Below are positions 31,101-39,558 of a stretch of DNA of 64,000 nucleotides, one piece after another. The notes below the pieces were generated by a model. That model did no database searches, was not told where the DNA came from, and saw only the letters and a list, made by a program, of their open reading frames with translations. Source of the DNA: Candidatus Poribacteria bacterium. Its GTDB lineage: Bacteria > Poribacteria > WGA-4E > PCPOR2b. Position numbers and translations under genes: made by a program. Every line of letters starts with the position of its first letter. Positions within the stretch are counted from its first letter, which is position 1. The DNA lies in assembly GCA_965198175.1 (NCBI GenBank), contig OZ240245.1, positions 4,032,001 to 4,096,000 on the forward strand, written 5' to 3'.

Positions 31101-32028
31101 CCAGAAGGAGGATTCGGGACTCAAGCCTGGCTCTGCGGTGTTAATCGATTCGGCGCGACTACTCGTCTACGGTGAGCCACACATCCACGCGAAATTAAAG
31201 GCGTTTTTGGATGCACTGCATGATGATCGACCCGACATCGTGAAGACCGCTGGGCGTAACCTATCGAGGAAAGAGCGTGCATCGCTGAAAGCCTTGCAGC
31301 AACTAACGGCGAAACGTTGGGAAGGGCGAGCTAAAGCTCGCAAAGACGCAGCGGCAGAACAAGCGCGTGAACACGTCGAAAAGGGCTTGGGTGATGCACC
31401 TTGGCAGTTGCTAGCCGAGGCGGTTCAGGGCAGCGTTGACCTTGAAGCACTCACCATGCTTCAAGTGGCTTGGGACAACCCGCACATCAGAGGGATAGAT
31501 CCACAACTCATGACCCGCGCCGCTTGGTGTATCGGGATGGCAGCGCGAGCTATTCCCAACGATGCTGAACTCACAACTCTTGCCGAAAAAGCCGTCTCAA
31601 CGGTGACGGCGACGAAAGTGCTGAAGCTAGAAGATGGAGATGATTCCGCCTATCTCACCGCTTTATACGCGGCGTTACTGCTTAAAGATAGCAACGCTCG
31701 CAACAGTCAGGTTGATGATGCGGTCAAGTCGCTAGTAATGGCGTACGAAAGCTCTGCGGATTGGACGATGCGCCTCATCGCCGAAGGCTGGCTTTCCGCT
31801 TCCCCAGAAGTCGATCGCAAGTTATCCAAGGCAATCGCAGCACATCAAATTGACGGCGACGACAGTGTTCTTCTCACTAGCCTGCTTGCGAAACGCCGCG
31901 GCGGTCAGTTATGGCAAATCTTCCGTGAGGAGATGCCATCTCTTGTTGGAAAACAGCCGTTGAATGGTCATGTCGTGGTTCTCGTCAATCGGCTGGAGGC
32001 GTCGCAGCTAGCGTTTGGCTCGAAATGA
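28138..32028 (+). CDS. Exported VIT + VWA domain protein with long C-terminal extension
   Basis: PLKHTDV..EAVYVFPLP..LLEQERPNIF (VIT); DISGSM, GGGTEM, LTDG (VWA); LMSQYTSFVAVD; GAGG RBS at ATG 28138. Confidence 0.9.
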   Translation: MTGLSSFITLSLYGAIAFAQTPQPIDPMEQEVTQGALRIKTEDGIVECPLKHTDVKASISGFIARVTVTQTFDNPYDDNIEAVYVFPLPHTAAVDDMTMVIGDRRIVGLIKRRDEARAIYKRAIAQGTTASLLEQERPNIFTQSVGNIKPGKEIRIEISYVDVLNYDMGTYEFHFPMVVGPRYIPGAPISKKPELPKELKGKVGEVEVEEPAEGGNPSGTGWSPDTTRVPDASRITPPALKPGYRTGHDISLSVSLEAGVPVEDIEIVNHKATLKRIGASGAVVEISPADSIPNRDFVMNYAVVGEKPEMAVLAHSKGTDQGYFMLMIQPKIDAELAQAPPRELVFLVDISGSMSGAPTEKVKEAMRHFFRLSKPNDTVQVITFFNHAEKLFESPVPTTQDNVKRALNFTQQVQAGGGTEMLKGIKMVLNEPVDPERARIVVMLTDGYIGNEAEIIEEVGKHTGDQIRFWAIGIGSSPNRHLIDGVAKQGGGMSGVIELDTDSKKLVTQIVERIHRAQLANIQVDWNELPVYEIFPRRIPELWAGSPVILFGRYADGGKTQIELSGVAEGKPLSYSLDVTLPRARPAHGVLSTVWARKKIEDISAQMFYADTPEVIEEITQVALTYRLMSQYTSFVAVDESEVQLVSQRAEPPRQVLVPVPLPAGVEFDGVFGGSTVLEEDASFPLMQSSRIMSYSAQPSQRKAVKHGIARQRRSTPSTFLTPTTEAPSRVSMMRSTIGEISEFRKDVQIRSARLSDALYDQPRFRSESIQDFGSALFAQWSMQRREEVQEALAAAEELKKRGELEAARLRYQHVLGLLSGIDDERSLAATKVIFSITDEIGRKRAETHPRLNRKLDLVIRNQSLNDALRTVVEAGGFELDLVSGSLEDVVELLNLRELRVTYLDLRYATVVQGLDWLLAPYHLTWQMKDADTITVGTSRRLPAPSAWGYAVANLAIPSEEEFKKFKSDEDLENSLTDFLNGVRIVIDQKEDSGLKPGSAVLIDSARLLVYGEPHIHAKLKAFLDALHDDRPDIVKTAGRNLSRKERASLKALQQLTAKRWEGRAKARKDAAAEQAREHVEKGLGDAPWQLLAEAVQGSVDLEALTMLQVAWDNPHIRGIDPQLMTRAAWCIGMAARAIPNDAELTTLAEKAVSTVTATKVLKLEDGDDSAYLTALYAALLLKDSNARNSQVDDAVKSLVMAYESSADWTMRLIAEGWLSASPEVDRKLSKAIAAHQIDGDDSVLLTSLLAKRRGGQLWQIFREEMPSLVGKQPLNGHVVVLVNRLEASQLAFGSK

Positions 32029-32266
32029 TTGAGACAGATGCCTGGGCACTAGATTCGACTAATTCGGTAAATGCCAATATCCCGAATCCACATAGAATCC
32101 CAACCTTGAATTGTGAGTACCCAATGCCAATGGAAAAATCCCTGTTAGATAAGTCCAACAGGGATTATTCCATTATGAGATTGCAAGTTTACTTGCGGGA
32201 CTCGTTGTACTAGCGTCGTGGAGACAAAACAAGGCGAATAGGGTGAACTGTATTGCTTGTAATTTC

Positions 32267-32295
32267 TTGACATTCCGATTCTACTAACGTATTCT
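32267..32295 (+). promoter_or_regulatory. sigma70 promoter (copy 2 of a duplicated cassette)
   Basis: TTGACA-N17-TATTCT. Confidence 0.7.
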
Positions 32296-32341
32296 AGATT
32301 GCAAACCAAAATACACCGTTCACAGTCCGAGAGAATTTGTC

Positions 32342-32794
32342 ATGAAGACAATCCGCCTCCAGTTGCCTCAGCAGATTCTGTGCTTCATCACAATCCTCAC
32401 GCTGATGATGTACTGCATCGGTTGCTTAAACGTCATTGATGAAATCCTTGATAACGCCGATGAACCACCGAACGGGGACGGCATTGATGATAGCTGGATT
32501 ATTGCTGAAATGCCTGTCAGAGAAATTGTTGTGCTGATTGCGGAGAGTTTTCCCGTCCAAGTTTCTGTTGAGGTCATTGGGTACCTACCGGACGGTTGTA
32601 CCGCACGCCATGAGACACATACATCAAGAGAAGGAAACACTGTTACCATTAAGATGACAACCAAACGCAGCAAGGATAGAATTTGCACGAAGGTCGTGAC
32701 AGATATTCGAGAGCGGATTTCCATTGGGACTTTTGCGCCCGGCAATTACCTCGTCATCGTTAACGGTGTGAAAAAGAAATTCCGCGTTGACTAG
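32342..32794 (+). CDS. Putative lipoprotein
   Basis: Signal with CIGC lipobox; ESFPVQV.V.V.GYLPDGC..CT..G.Y.VIVNG domain. Confidence 0.75.
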   Translation: MKTIRLQLPQQILCFITILTLMMYCIGCLNVIDEILDNADEPPNGDGIDDSWIIAEMPVREIVVLIAESFPVQVSVEVIGYLPDGCTARHETHTSREGNTVTIKMTTKRSKDRICTKVVTDIRERISIGTFAPGNYLVIVNGVKKKFRVD

Positions 32795-33612
32795 GTTCTG
32801 TTGACATTTCAACGGAGCCAGATAAGCGTGGAGACAAAACTCAGAAATCCAAAATAGCGGACATCCAGTTTCTCGAAACGAGAGAAGATACGACGATACC
32901 ATTTTATCTTGTTGATGAAACATTCAACCAGATGTCTCTCTTTGTATAAATGTTTGTCATATGTTCTTTGAGCGCCACGATTACGTCGAGGCGGTATCAC
33001 CGCCATCGCTCCATTCGTCTCAATAACGTCAATAAAACCGTCCGAATCGTATCCCTTGTCTGCAATAACATACTCACTGTCATATCCAACTATCAACGCT
33101 TCGGCTTCAGCTATGTCGTGTCTCTGACCGGGGGTTAGCTGGAGTCTAAGCGGATTACCTAGCGCGTCAACTGTGATGTGAATCTTGGTGCTGAAGCCGC
33201 CTCGAGAGCGGCCTAGTGCTTGGTTTTCAGTGCCACCGTTTTTTTTGAAGCGCCAGCCGCGCATGGGTGAGCCCGGCAAATGGTCGTGTCAATAATAAGT
33301 GTCTCCATATCTGGGTCAGAGGCGAAGTAGCAGTGCATCTGTGCGAAGATTCCTTTGTCACACCAGCAGCTAAACCGCTTGTAGATGGAGTTCCAATTGC
33401 CATAGGCAGTAGGCAAGAGTCTCCATTGAGCACCGCTACGAGTCACCCACAGAAGGGCTTCGACGAATCGTCGAGTATCAATTTCGTTCCGGACATAGAT
33501 GTTGGAACAGCTTAGAAGAAACTGGTATATCTTTCTCCATTGGGCATCAGATAAGGTTATGGGCATCATTCCTCTATTATGCACAACCTTATAACCAAAT
33601 GTCAACAGAACC
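32794..33612 (-). mobile_element. IS5-family (IS427-like) insertion sequence, 819 bp
   Basis: Perfect 16-bp TIR GGTTCTGTTGACATTT; TA duplication in a CTAG target. Confidence 0.93.
32809..33569 (-). CDS. IS5-family transposase, OrfA/OrfB joined by a -1 frameshift
   Basis: OrfA LSDAQW..RSGAQWRLLP..IDTT; OrfB GRSRGGFSTKIH, ADKGYDSD, YKERHLVECF; A8C slippery run at 33238-33246. Confidence 0.92.
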
Positions 33613-33646
33613 TAGTCCCACGCCTTCTCAGCTCTATTGGTCCTCC

Positions 33647-35974
33647 CTAAAACATCAGCCGATATAGAAACTTGATGTTACGCCCCGGCTCCGGCATCAC
33701 CGATTTGATTCTCGAAAGGTGTTGACGGTATTCAGTATTGAAAATATTCTCGACCGTGACTACCAACTGATGTTGAAGTTGCCACATGGAGAACATTAAC
33801 TGCAAGCCCGCGTTGTAGACGATGTACCCGTCCGTCTTTTCTTCAAATTCGCCGAGCCGCTGCTGGTCATCTGAATACCGCGCCGTGAAGTGCAAGTTTA
33901 ACGGCTGGGTATCGTATCGTAACGCCAGTTTTCCGTTGAGCGGCGGGATGCGTTCAAGCGGTAATCCGCTGTTCGCCAAAGTACCTCTGACGTAACTCAT
34001 GCGCATCTCTGCATGCAATCGCGGGATAATTTCGGCGTCAATACTAAATTCGGCACCGTCAAGGATAGCATCTTGTCCACGGTATTGATATATCCATAGC
34101 CAACCCGCTGCACCGCTACCCCATTCCCTTTCGCCCGTGTTGGTCGGAATCAGATAGCCATATATCTGGTTGCGAAAAACGGCGAAATTTAGTTTCATAC
34201 GATTACCCATGTAGCGCAGAAATGCCTCTGTCCCAAAGCCATCCTCTGAACCGAGTTCGGCGTTGCCGATTTCGTATGAATAGGCTGCGAGATGCGGTCC
34301 ATCTGAAAAGAGCACCTCGATTCCCGGTGTGCGGAACGTCCTCATCAAAGTGGCGCCAAATCCCAAGTTGTCGTTCCAGTGATAGATGCTTGAGACAGCG
34401 CCTGACAGACCTCCGAAGTCCCGTCGTTGCACCTTTCCTGCACGTATAAGAGCACCTTGCACAAACGGCTCAACCCGTCTGATGTCGTAGCGGACCGCTG
34501 CCTGTAGTGTGAAGTTGTTGTGTCGCTTCTGTTTGAAAAAGAACCCCGCCAAAGACATCTCCCGCGTACGCGGCGTCCAGTAAAATCCGCCCGTCGCATG
34601 GTCACGATACTCGCTCCAAATCCCTGCAACTGCATCGCCGCGCAAGTGTGCCAACGCAGACGCGTTGTATGTCAATACACCGAACTCAACGCCGAGCGTG
34701 TTGTTCGATTCAATCTCTTGATGCTGATAGCGCGTGTAGGTCGATTGTAACTTCAACTTCTCAAGAATCGACTCTTCAAACGCATATTCCAGATTGCCCT
34801 CATACCGCTGGCGATCGAGGTCAATGGTAACGCCTTTGATATGTCCTTCGGGCGAGCCGGGAATCCCGTAATCTGAACGGTAGCGCCCCCCTGAAATCCC
34901 AATGTGTCCCCAATCCTTGACCACTGAAGCACCGGTTGAAAAATTGGTGTTCGATAGCGACGTGTTTTCCAAAATACCGACGGGAGTATGCGTGTCGTTG
35001 GCGTGACGGCGGTTCAACTCCAACCGCCACGCTAGGTCGCCAATCGGAATCGTCACTCCTGTCGTCCCGGTCAGCCCTGAGTTGACCGACTCACTCTGAA
35101 ATGTGAGATTTATCGTTGGGTGGTTGGGGAGGGTTGGTGGAATGGTTTCGCGCTTGACATTGACGACACCGCCGAGTGTACTTGAGCCGTAAATCAGCGA
35201 CGCCGGACCACGCGTAATCTCAATCTTTGTCGCGGTAGTTGGGTCAATCGCAACCGCATGGTCTGCTGAGGATGCTGATTTATCGCCGGTACGCCCGCCA
35301 TCTTCGAGGATAAGCAGACGGTCGCCACCCATGCCCCGGACGACCGGACGCGCTATCGATCGCCCCATCGTCCGCTGGGCAATCCCCACCTCGCCACTAA
35401 GGGTCTCGGCGATGGTTGCTCCCATCTGTTGATTTAATTTCTGCTCTGAGAGCTTAAGGTCGGTTGTTTTCTCAAACTGAGCCAGTACTTCGTCACTAGC
35501 TGTGACAACAATCTCTCCAAGTTGGAACAGGCTGCGCTTCAATTTGATGACCATCGTTATCGGGTACGTATCGACAGCGATTTTTCGATTTAACTTCTCA
35601 CATCCAACGCGAGTGAATTGAAGCGTATAAGCCCCTGGCGCAATTTCATCAAACTGAAACTGTCCAACTTCATCGGTTCGAGTTAGGGAGGTCCTTCCCA
35701 CGGCGACAAGGGTAACTTGGACTTCCGCGATTGGTCTCTCCGTCTCAGCATCAATCACCTGCCCTGAAACGGAAACAGTGCGGGGCAGCGACACTCCGTC
35801 TACATCATGAGTCAAGAGAATGGCAAAAAGAGAGAAGGTTAAAAGTTTAGTTTGAGTTATTCCTTTAACAATGCGTCCGCTGTCAGCATGCAGAATTCCA
35901 GCGATGAGATTGAGAAATGTGGTTTTTCCGGTGCCGCTGCTTCCCTTGAGCGCCATCTGCCTACCTTCCCCCAT
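33647..35974 (-). CDS. TonB-dependent receptor (ZnuD-like metal uptake type) with an ABC-ATPase stump at the N-terminus
   Basis: CarboxypepD-like domain, EIVVTA box, plug RPVVRGMGGDR..DHAVAID..RGPASLIYG, C-terminal PGRN..F; leading GSSGTGKTT. Confidence 0.88.
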   Translation of the reverse strand: MGEGRQMALKGSSGTGKTTFLNLIAGILHADSGRIVKGITQTKLLTFSLFAILLTHDVDGVSLPRTVSVSGQVIDAETERPIAEVQVTLVAVGRTSLTRTDEVGQFQFDEIAPGAYTLQFTRVGCEKLNRKIAVDTYPITMVIKLKRSLFQLGEIVVTASDEVLAQFEKTTDLKLSEQKLNQQMGATIAETLSGEVGIAQRTMGRSIARPVVRGMGGDRLLILEDGGRTGDKSASSADHAVAIDPTTATKIEITRGPASLIYGSSTLGGVVNVKRETIPPTLPNHPTINLTFQSESVNSGLTGTTGVTIPIGDLAWRLELNRRHANDTHTPVGILENTSLSNTNFSTGASVVKDWGHIGISGGRYRSDYGIPGSPEGHIKGVTIDLDRQRYEGNLEYAFEESILEKLKLQSTYTRYQHQEIESNNTLGVEFGVLTYNASALAHLRGDAVAGIWSEYRDHATGGFYWTPRTREMSLAGFFFKQKRHNNFTLQAAVRYDIRRVEPFVQGALIRAGKVQRRDFGGLSGAVSSIYHWNDNLGFGATLMRTFRTPGIEVLFSDGPHLAAYSYEIGNAELGSEDGFGTEAFLRYMGNRMKLNFAVFRNQIYGYLIPTNTGEREWGSGAAGWLWIYQYRGQDAILDGAEFSIDAEIIPRLHAEMRMSYVRGTLANSGLPLERIPPLNGKLALRYDTQPLNLHFTARYSDDQQRLGEFEEKTDGYIVYNAGLQLMFSMWQLQHQLVVTVENIFNTEYRQHLSRIKSVMPEPGRNIKFLYRLMF

Positions 35975-36236
35975 CTCGAGACGTATTGCAGTGTTGACAC
36001 GTACGACAGAGGTGACGATTGATTAGGTGAACGACTGCTAGCAGAAGTCCGCCTATAGCAATTCCCACTGCACCGAAAACCAACGCCAACTCCGCTGACT
36101 CACTCAGGATAAATCCAAGCCCAACGAGCGGCAATACGGTCATCAAGAGCGGGGCGGCAATACAGTGGATGGCGCAAGCAAAGGAGAGGCATGCGCCCAC
36201 ATTGTCCACGACTGCGTGATTCAAATATCTGTTCAA
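35961..36236 (-). pseudogene. MerC-domain membrane protein with in-frame internal deletion
   Basis: DNVGACLSFACAIHC..PL and GGLLLAVVHLINRHLCRTC termini present, central helices missing; TTG 36236 after AGGAG. Confidence 0.7.
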
Positions 36237-36353
36237 TTGTTGGCTCCTAACGTCATACGTTACTGCTACCGGTATCCTCTTTGCCGGTCCAGCGTGCCAA
36301 ATCCGGATTGATCGTTGGGTTTGGCACGCTGACAGACAAACCAATGTCTTCGG

Positions 36354-36932
36354 TTACGGCGTAACCGTTACGGGAATCAAGAGCGCCGCCGTGAAATCGG
36401 CATGGCCGCCGTGCAAAAGTTGGAGTTTGAGTTCCGTTTGACCGGCTTTAAGCCCCTTCACTTCAAAGGTGAATTTCTCGGCGAGCTCATCGCCGTGATC
36501 GTCGCCCTCCTCGCCGTGCTCATCATCATGTTCTGCACCCTCACCTTCGTAAAGGTGTACCTCAATGATTGATGAATCATATCCGCTGAGCGCTAAAGCA
36601 AACACATCTTCCTCGCCATGTTCGTCATGGTCGTGATCGTCTTCCTCCTCCGGAGATTCAGGGAAAAATTCATCGCCATCGTGGTCAAGGAATACGGTGA
36701 GAACCTCGAGTTCGTCTCCGACTTTGAGGGTGATACTTCCCGTATGCGTCCCCTCAAATTGCCGGTAAATCTCGTTCCCGTCAACCTTGAGGACAAAGCC
36801 GTCTGCATCAGCATGAAATGGTTCGTCGTCATGGCCATCGTCAACAATGGGATTGTCATCTTCGCCACAAGCGGCGAACAGTGCAACAGATGCGAGTAAC
36901 AACAACGTAAAACGAAAAACAGGCGCAAACAT
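36354..36932 (-). CDS. His/Asp/Glu-rich lipoprotein, probable metal-binding
   Basis: LFAAC lipobox; DDHDHDEHGEE and EHDDEHGEEGDDHGD tracts; LLHGGHADF; GGAGG RBS. Confidence 0.85.
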   Translation of the reverse strand: MFAPVFRFTLLLLASVALFAACGEDDNPIVDDGHDDEPFHADADGFVLKVDGNEIYRQFEGTHTGSITLKVGDELEVLTVFLDHDGDEFFPESPEEEDDHDHDEHGEEDVFALALSGYDSSIIEVHLYEGEGAEHDDEHGEEGDDHGDELAEKFTFEVKGLKAGQTELKLQLLHGGHADFTAALLIPVTVTP

Positions 36933-37091
36933 AATTACCTCCAGATATAAATAGATTGTTTTTCCCGGCATCACCCCTGATGAAACAACGAAAAATAGGC
37001 AGACTACTGCCGAGACTATATACAGTTCAGCCGGGAAACGACAGATAAAGATATGGTCAATAAATACAGAGATATGAGATTGACGAGCAGT

Positions 37092-37382
37092 TTAAACGGG
37101 GAATGCTGGAGGGGCACGACTCTGGACACTGTTGTCAAGGATCGTGGAAATGAAAGGTAAGGTGATTGGTCGGTGAACTGATATGCAAGTATCAAGATTC
37201 GTGACGTCAACGACGTTGAGCTCAATGCCGGCGTGGTTGGCACTGAAAAAGCAGGCGGAACAGCAATCAACGTGCTCATGGTCGTGTGCAAGTGCAACGA
37301 GGTTTACCGTTATCAGATAACAGACGATTCCAATCGCAATTACCCAGCGAGTGGGCGTGAAATGGATTCCAACCTTCTGCAA
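37092..37382 (-). CDS. DUF2946-like leader protein ending in RAPP
   Basis: Signal/TM, HDHEH, CxxC (CCSAC), C-terminal SRAPPAFPV; GAGG RBS. Confidence 0.8.
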   Translation of the reverse strand: MQKVGIHFTPTRWVIAIGIVCYLITVNLVALAHDHEHVDCCSACFFSANHAGIELNVVDVTNLDTCISVHRPITLPFISTILDNSVQSRAPPAFPV

Positions 37383-37431
37383 GACCCTTCACCTCTTTCA
37401 AACGTTGCCAAATTCGGCAATTCAGGATAGT

Positions 37432-37461
37432 ATTTTAACACAAGCGCATCCGCTCTGTCCA
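37432..37461 (-). promoter_or_regulatory. sigma70 promoter of the uptake operon
   Basis: TGGACA-N18-TAAAAT with extended -10 TG. Confidence 0.55.
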
Positions 37462-37532
37462 ATTTCTTTCAAAAATCCATTGCAATGAGTATCATACCCA
37501 GTGCATCGCACTGATTGAGCAAATGATAACTT

Positions 37533-37832
37533 TGATTAACCCATCATTGGTAGTATAGATTGTCCACCGATTCTCATTGTGTGAATACTTCACAGCGCCG
37601 CGATTTGTTCGGAACCAGATGTAAACTCCATCAACTGCGACTGACCAGACAACATCATTGGGAAGACCGTCCGGTGTTTTCAGTGTTTGCCATGTCCCCA
37701 CTTTGGTGTCGAAACGCGAGACACCGCTCTGCGTCGCTACCACAAGTCTTTTCCATCTCGCGCGAGTGCGTTAACGCGAATATCGCAAAGCCCATCGGCA
37801 GTGGTCAATGATGTCCACGGGTCTAAGGCCAA
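37533..37832 (-). pseudogene. Diverged internal fragment of the beta-propeller gene
   Basis: Colinear with 41151-41451, many substitutions and a 1-bp indel near 37740. Confidence 0.9.
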
Positions 37833-38003
37833 TTTGACGTTCTAGTTATTCCTTCAATATACACATGAGTATACTATGAAAACAAGGAAAATTCTAGTGA
37901 TAGACTTCAATTTGAGATATTAAAGTTTAGTTTGAGTGATTTCTATCCTGACTCTCCTGAAAAACGGTACCATTTCCGATTCGAATTCAATATGAGCGTT
38001 GAC

Positions 38004-39293
38004 TTATTGGGGTTCCCTTACGCCGCCTAGGGTGTGGACAATCAGGTTCACGCCCCATTCTAGCCACTTCTCATTATCAGCATTTTCTCCCCACTTCAAG
38101 CCAATTCCAGCGGCGTCGTAGAACACGGCGATGCGTCCGTTGAGTCGGAGAGCGTAAAATTCGCCGCGTTTTTTGACGACGTACGGTGTGCCTTTTTTAA
38201 ATTCAAAAAAGCTGTGACAGACGGCATCTTTTCGATTAATCGGCACGAAATGCGATGTCTCTCCGACAATCTTCCAGACCTCAAAGCGAATGGAGTTAGC
38301 CACAGGACCATCAATCCCCCAAGCGGTTGATACGTCCGAAAAAAGAAGTGTTCCACCGCTCTGCAAATAGCTTCGGAGGTTCGCACGCTCCTTCTCGGAG
38401 AAGGTGAACGCATCCCGTGCGGCGATGTACACCAGCGGAATCTGGTGAATCTCAGGAGAGGCAAGCGGCATCGTCTCAGACAAAAGTTGTGTCCGTATGT
38501 TCGTCCATCTATTCATAGCATACACCAAGCGACTCAAGGCTTGGGCACGAATGGCATCTGCCGTGTCTTCGTATTGGACCATGACGATGTTATAATAGCC
38601 GGAAATCTCCCGTCCGGAACCGCGCACCTCCACCTGAGCCGCGTTCCCCGCCTTACGCTGAATTTTGTCAAGGATGCCGGTCGATCGGTTTGGAGCAGCT
38701 ACCGTTCCCTCAAGATTTGGGCGTCCAACTATCGGTGAACCGCCCACCGAAAAATTGGGGCGGGAAACGGCATCCGCCTCCAGCTCTTTGTTCGCTTGGA
38801 ATTCGGTTTCCGCCAGCGGATTCAAGGCCACCTGAGCGGGCGAGTGAACGATTGCCGCCGTTTGCGTCGTCAGCGGTCCTGATCGAAGCGACACTGCAGT
38901 AACACGCCGGTCAATCGGGCTTTTATTAGCCAGCCCGACCGCAGTTACTTGCCGGCGTGGCTTGGCACGACGTTTCAGAGGTGATGGCTTCGGCAACGAC
39001 ACGAAATTGACTTGCAGGTCAGTCTCCGCGGCAGGCTGCGGTGTAGGCAACATCGCCACCCAAAAAAGGACGAGCGCATTCAGCACAAATGACAACAGCC
39101 ACGCTACTGCGGCAATTCGCCGCCGACGGGCGACTGTCGATAAGCGCGGCGTAACTACCGCGTCTTTTTTGTGCCCAGGGGAGAACTTGGGGCGTTTCTG
39201 GACCGATCCGTAATTGCCGCGCCCTTTCCGACGTCTACGCTTTGCCCGAATGTAGTTCAAACGACCAATTTGCCGATAAAGAGTATAATACAT
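38004..39293 (-). CDS. Membrane-anchored DUF4159-like domain protein
   Basis: TM + Pro/Arg linker; PLVYI..FSEKERANLRSYLQSGGTL; GRIAVFY..WGVNLI; start uncertain. Confidence 0.75.
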   Translation of the reverse strand: MYYTLYRQIGRLNYIRAKRRRRKGRGNYGSVQKRPKFSPGHKKDAVVTPRLSTVARRRRIAAVAWLLSFVLNALVLFWVAMLPTPQPAAETDLQVNFVSLPKPSPLKRRAKPRRQVTAVGLANKSPIDRRVTAVSLRSGPLTTQTAAIVHSPAQVALNPLAETEFQANKELEADAVSRPNFSVGGSPIVGRPNLEGTVAAPNRSTGILDKIQRKAGNAAQVEVRGSGREISGYYNIVMVQYEDTADAIRAQALSRLVYAMNRWTNIRTQLLSETMPLASPEIHQIPLVYIAARDAFTFSEKERANLRSYLQSGGTLLFSDVSTAWGIDGPVANSIRFEVWKIVGETSHFVPINRKDAVCHSFFEFKKGTPYVVKKRGEFYALRLNGRIAVFYDAAGIGLKWGENADNEKWLEWGVNLIVHTLGGVREPQ

Positions 39294-39340
39294 AAGGACC
39301 TACCCAAAGACGCTTTGGTTTCTCGGCTCCTAGCCCCGAA

Positions 39341-39463
39341 TACAGCGTCAAATAAGTTTAGAACGGTTGTATTATTCCGCCGTAGGATGGGCATCCGTGT
39401 CCCGAGAATCGGGTACTAGGAAACCCCGCCTGCAAGCATTGTCAATATTTATCGGACGCTGTA
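39341..39463. repeat. Small IR-bounded element containing a degenerate GTAG-REP doublet
   Basis: TACAGCGTC..GACGCTGTA ends; 39382-39434 resembles 15243-15293. Confidence 0.6.
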
Positions 39464-39558
39464 CTCGCTTTGTTACCGGAGAAACCAATTGAGAAGGAAT
39501 CCGCTTTCACTCTCCAGAATCTAAGCGCGTAAATTCTATCAGCAAGAAGAGCATGATC

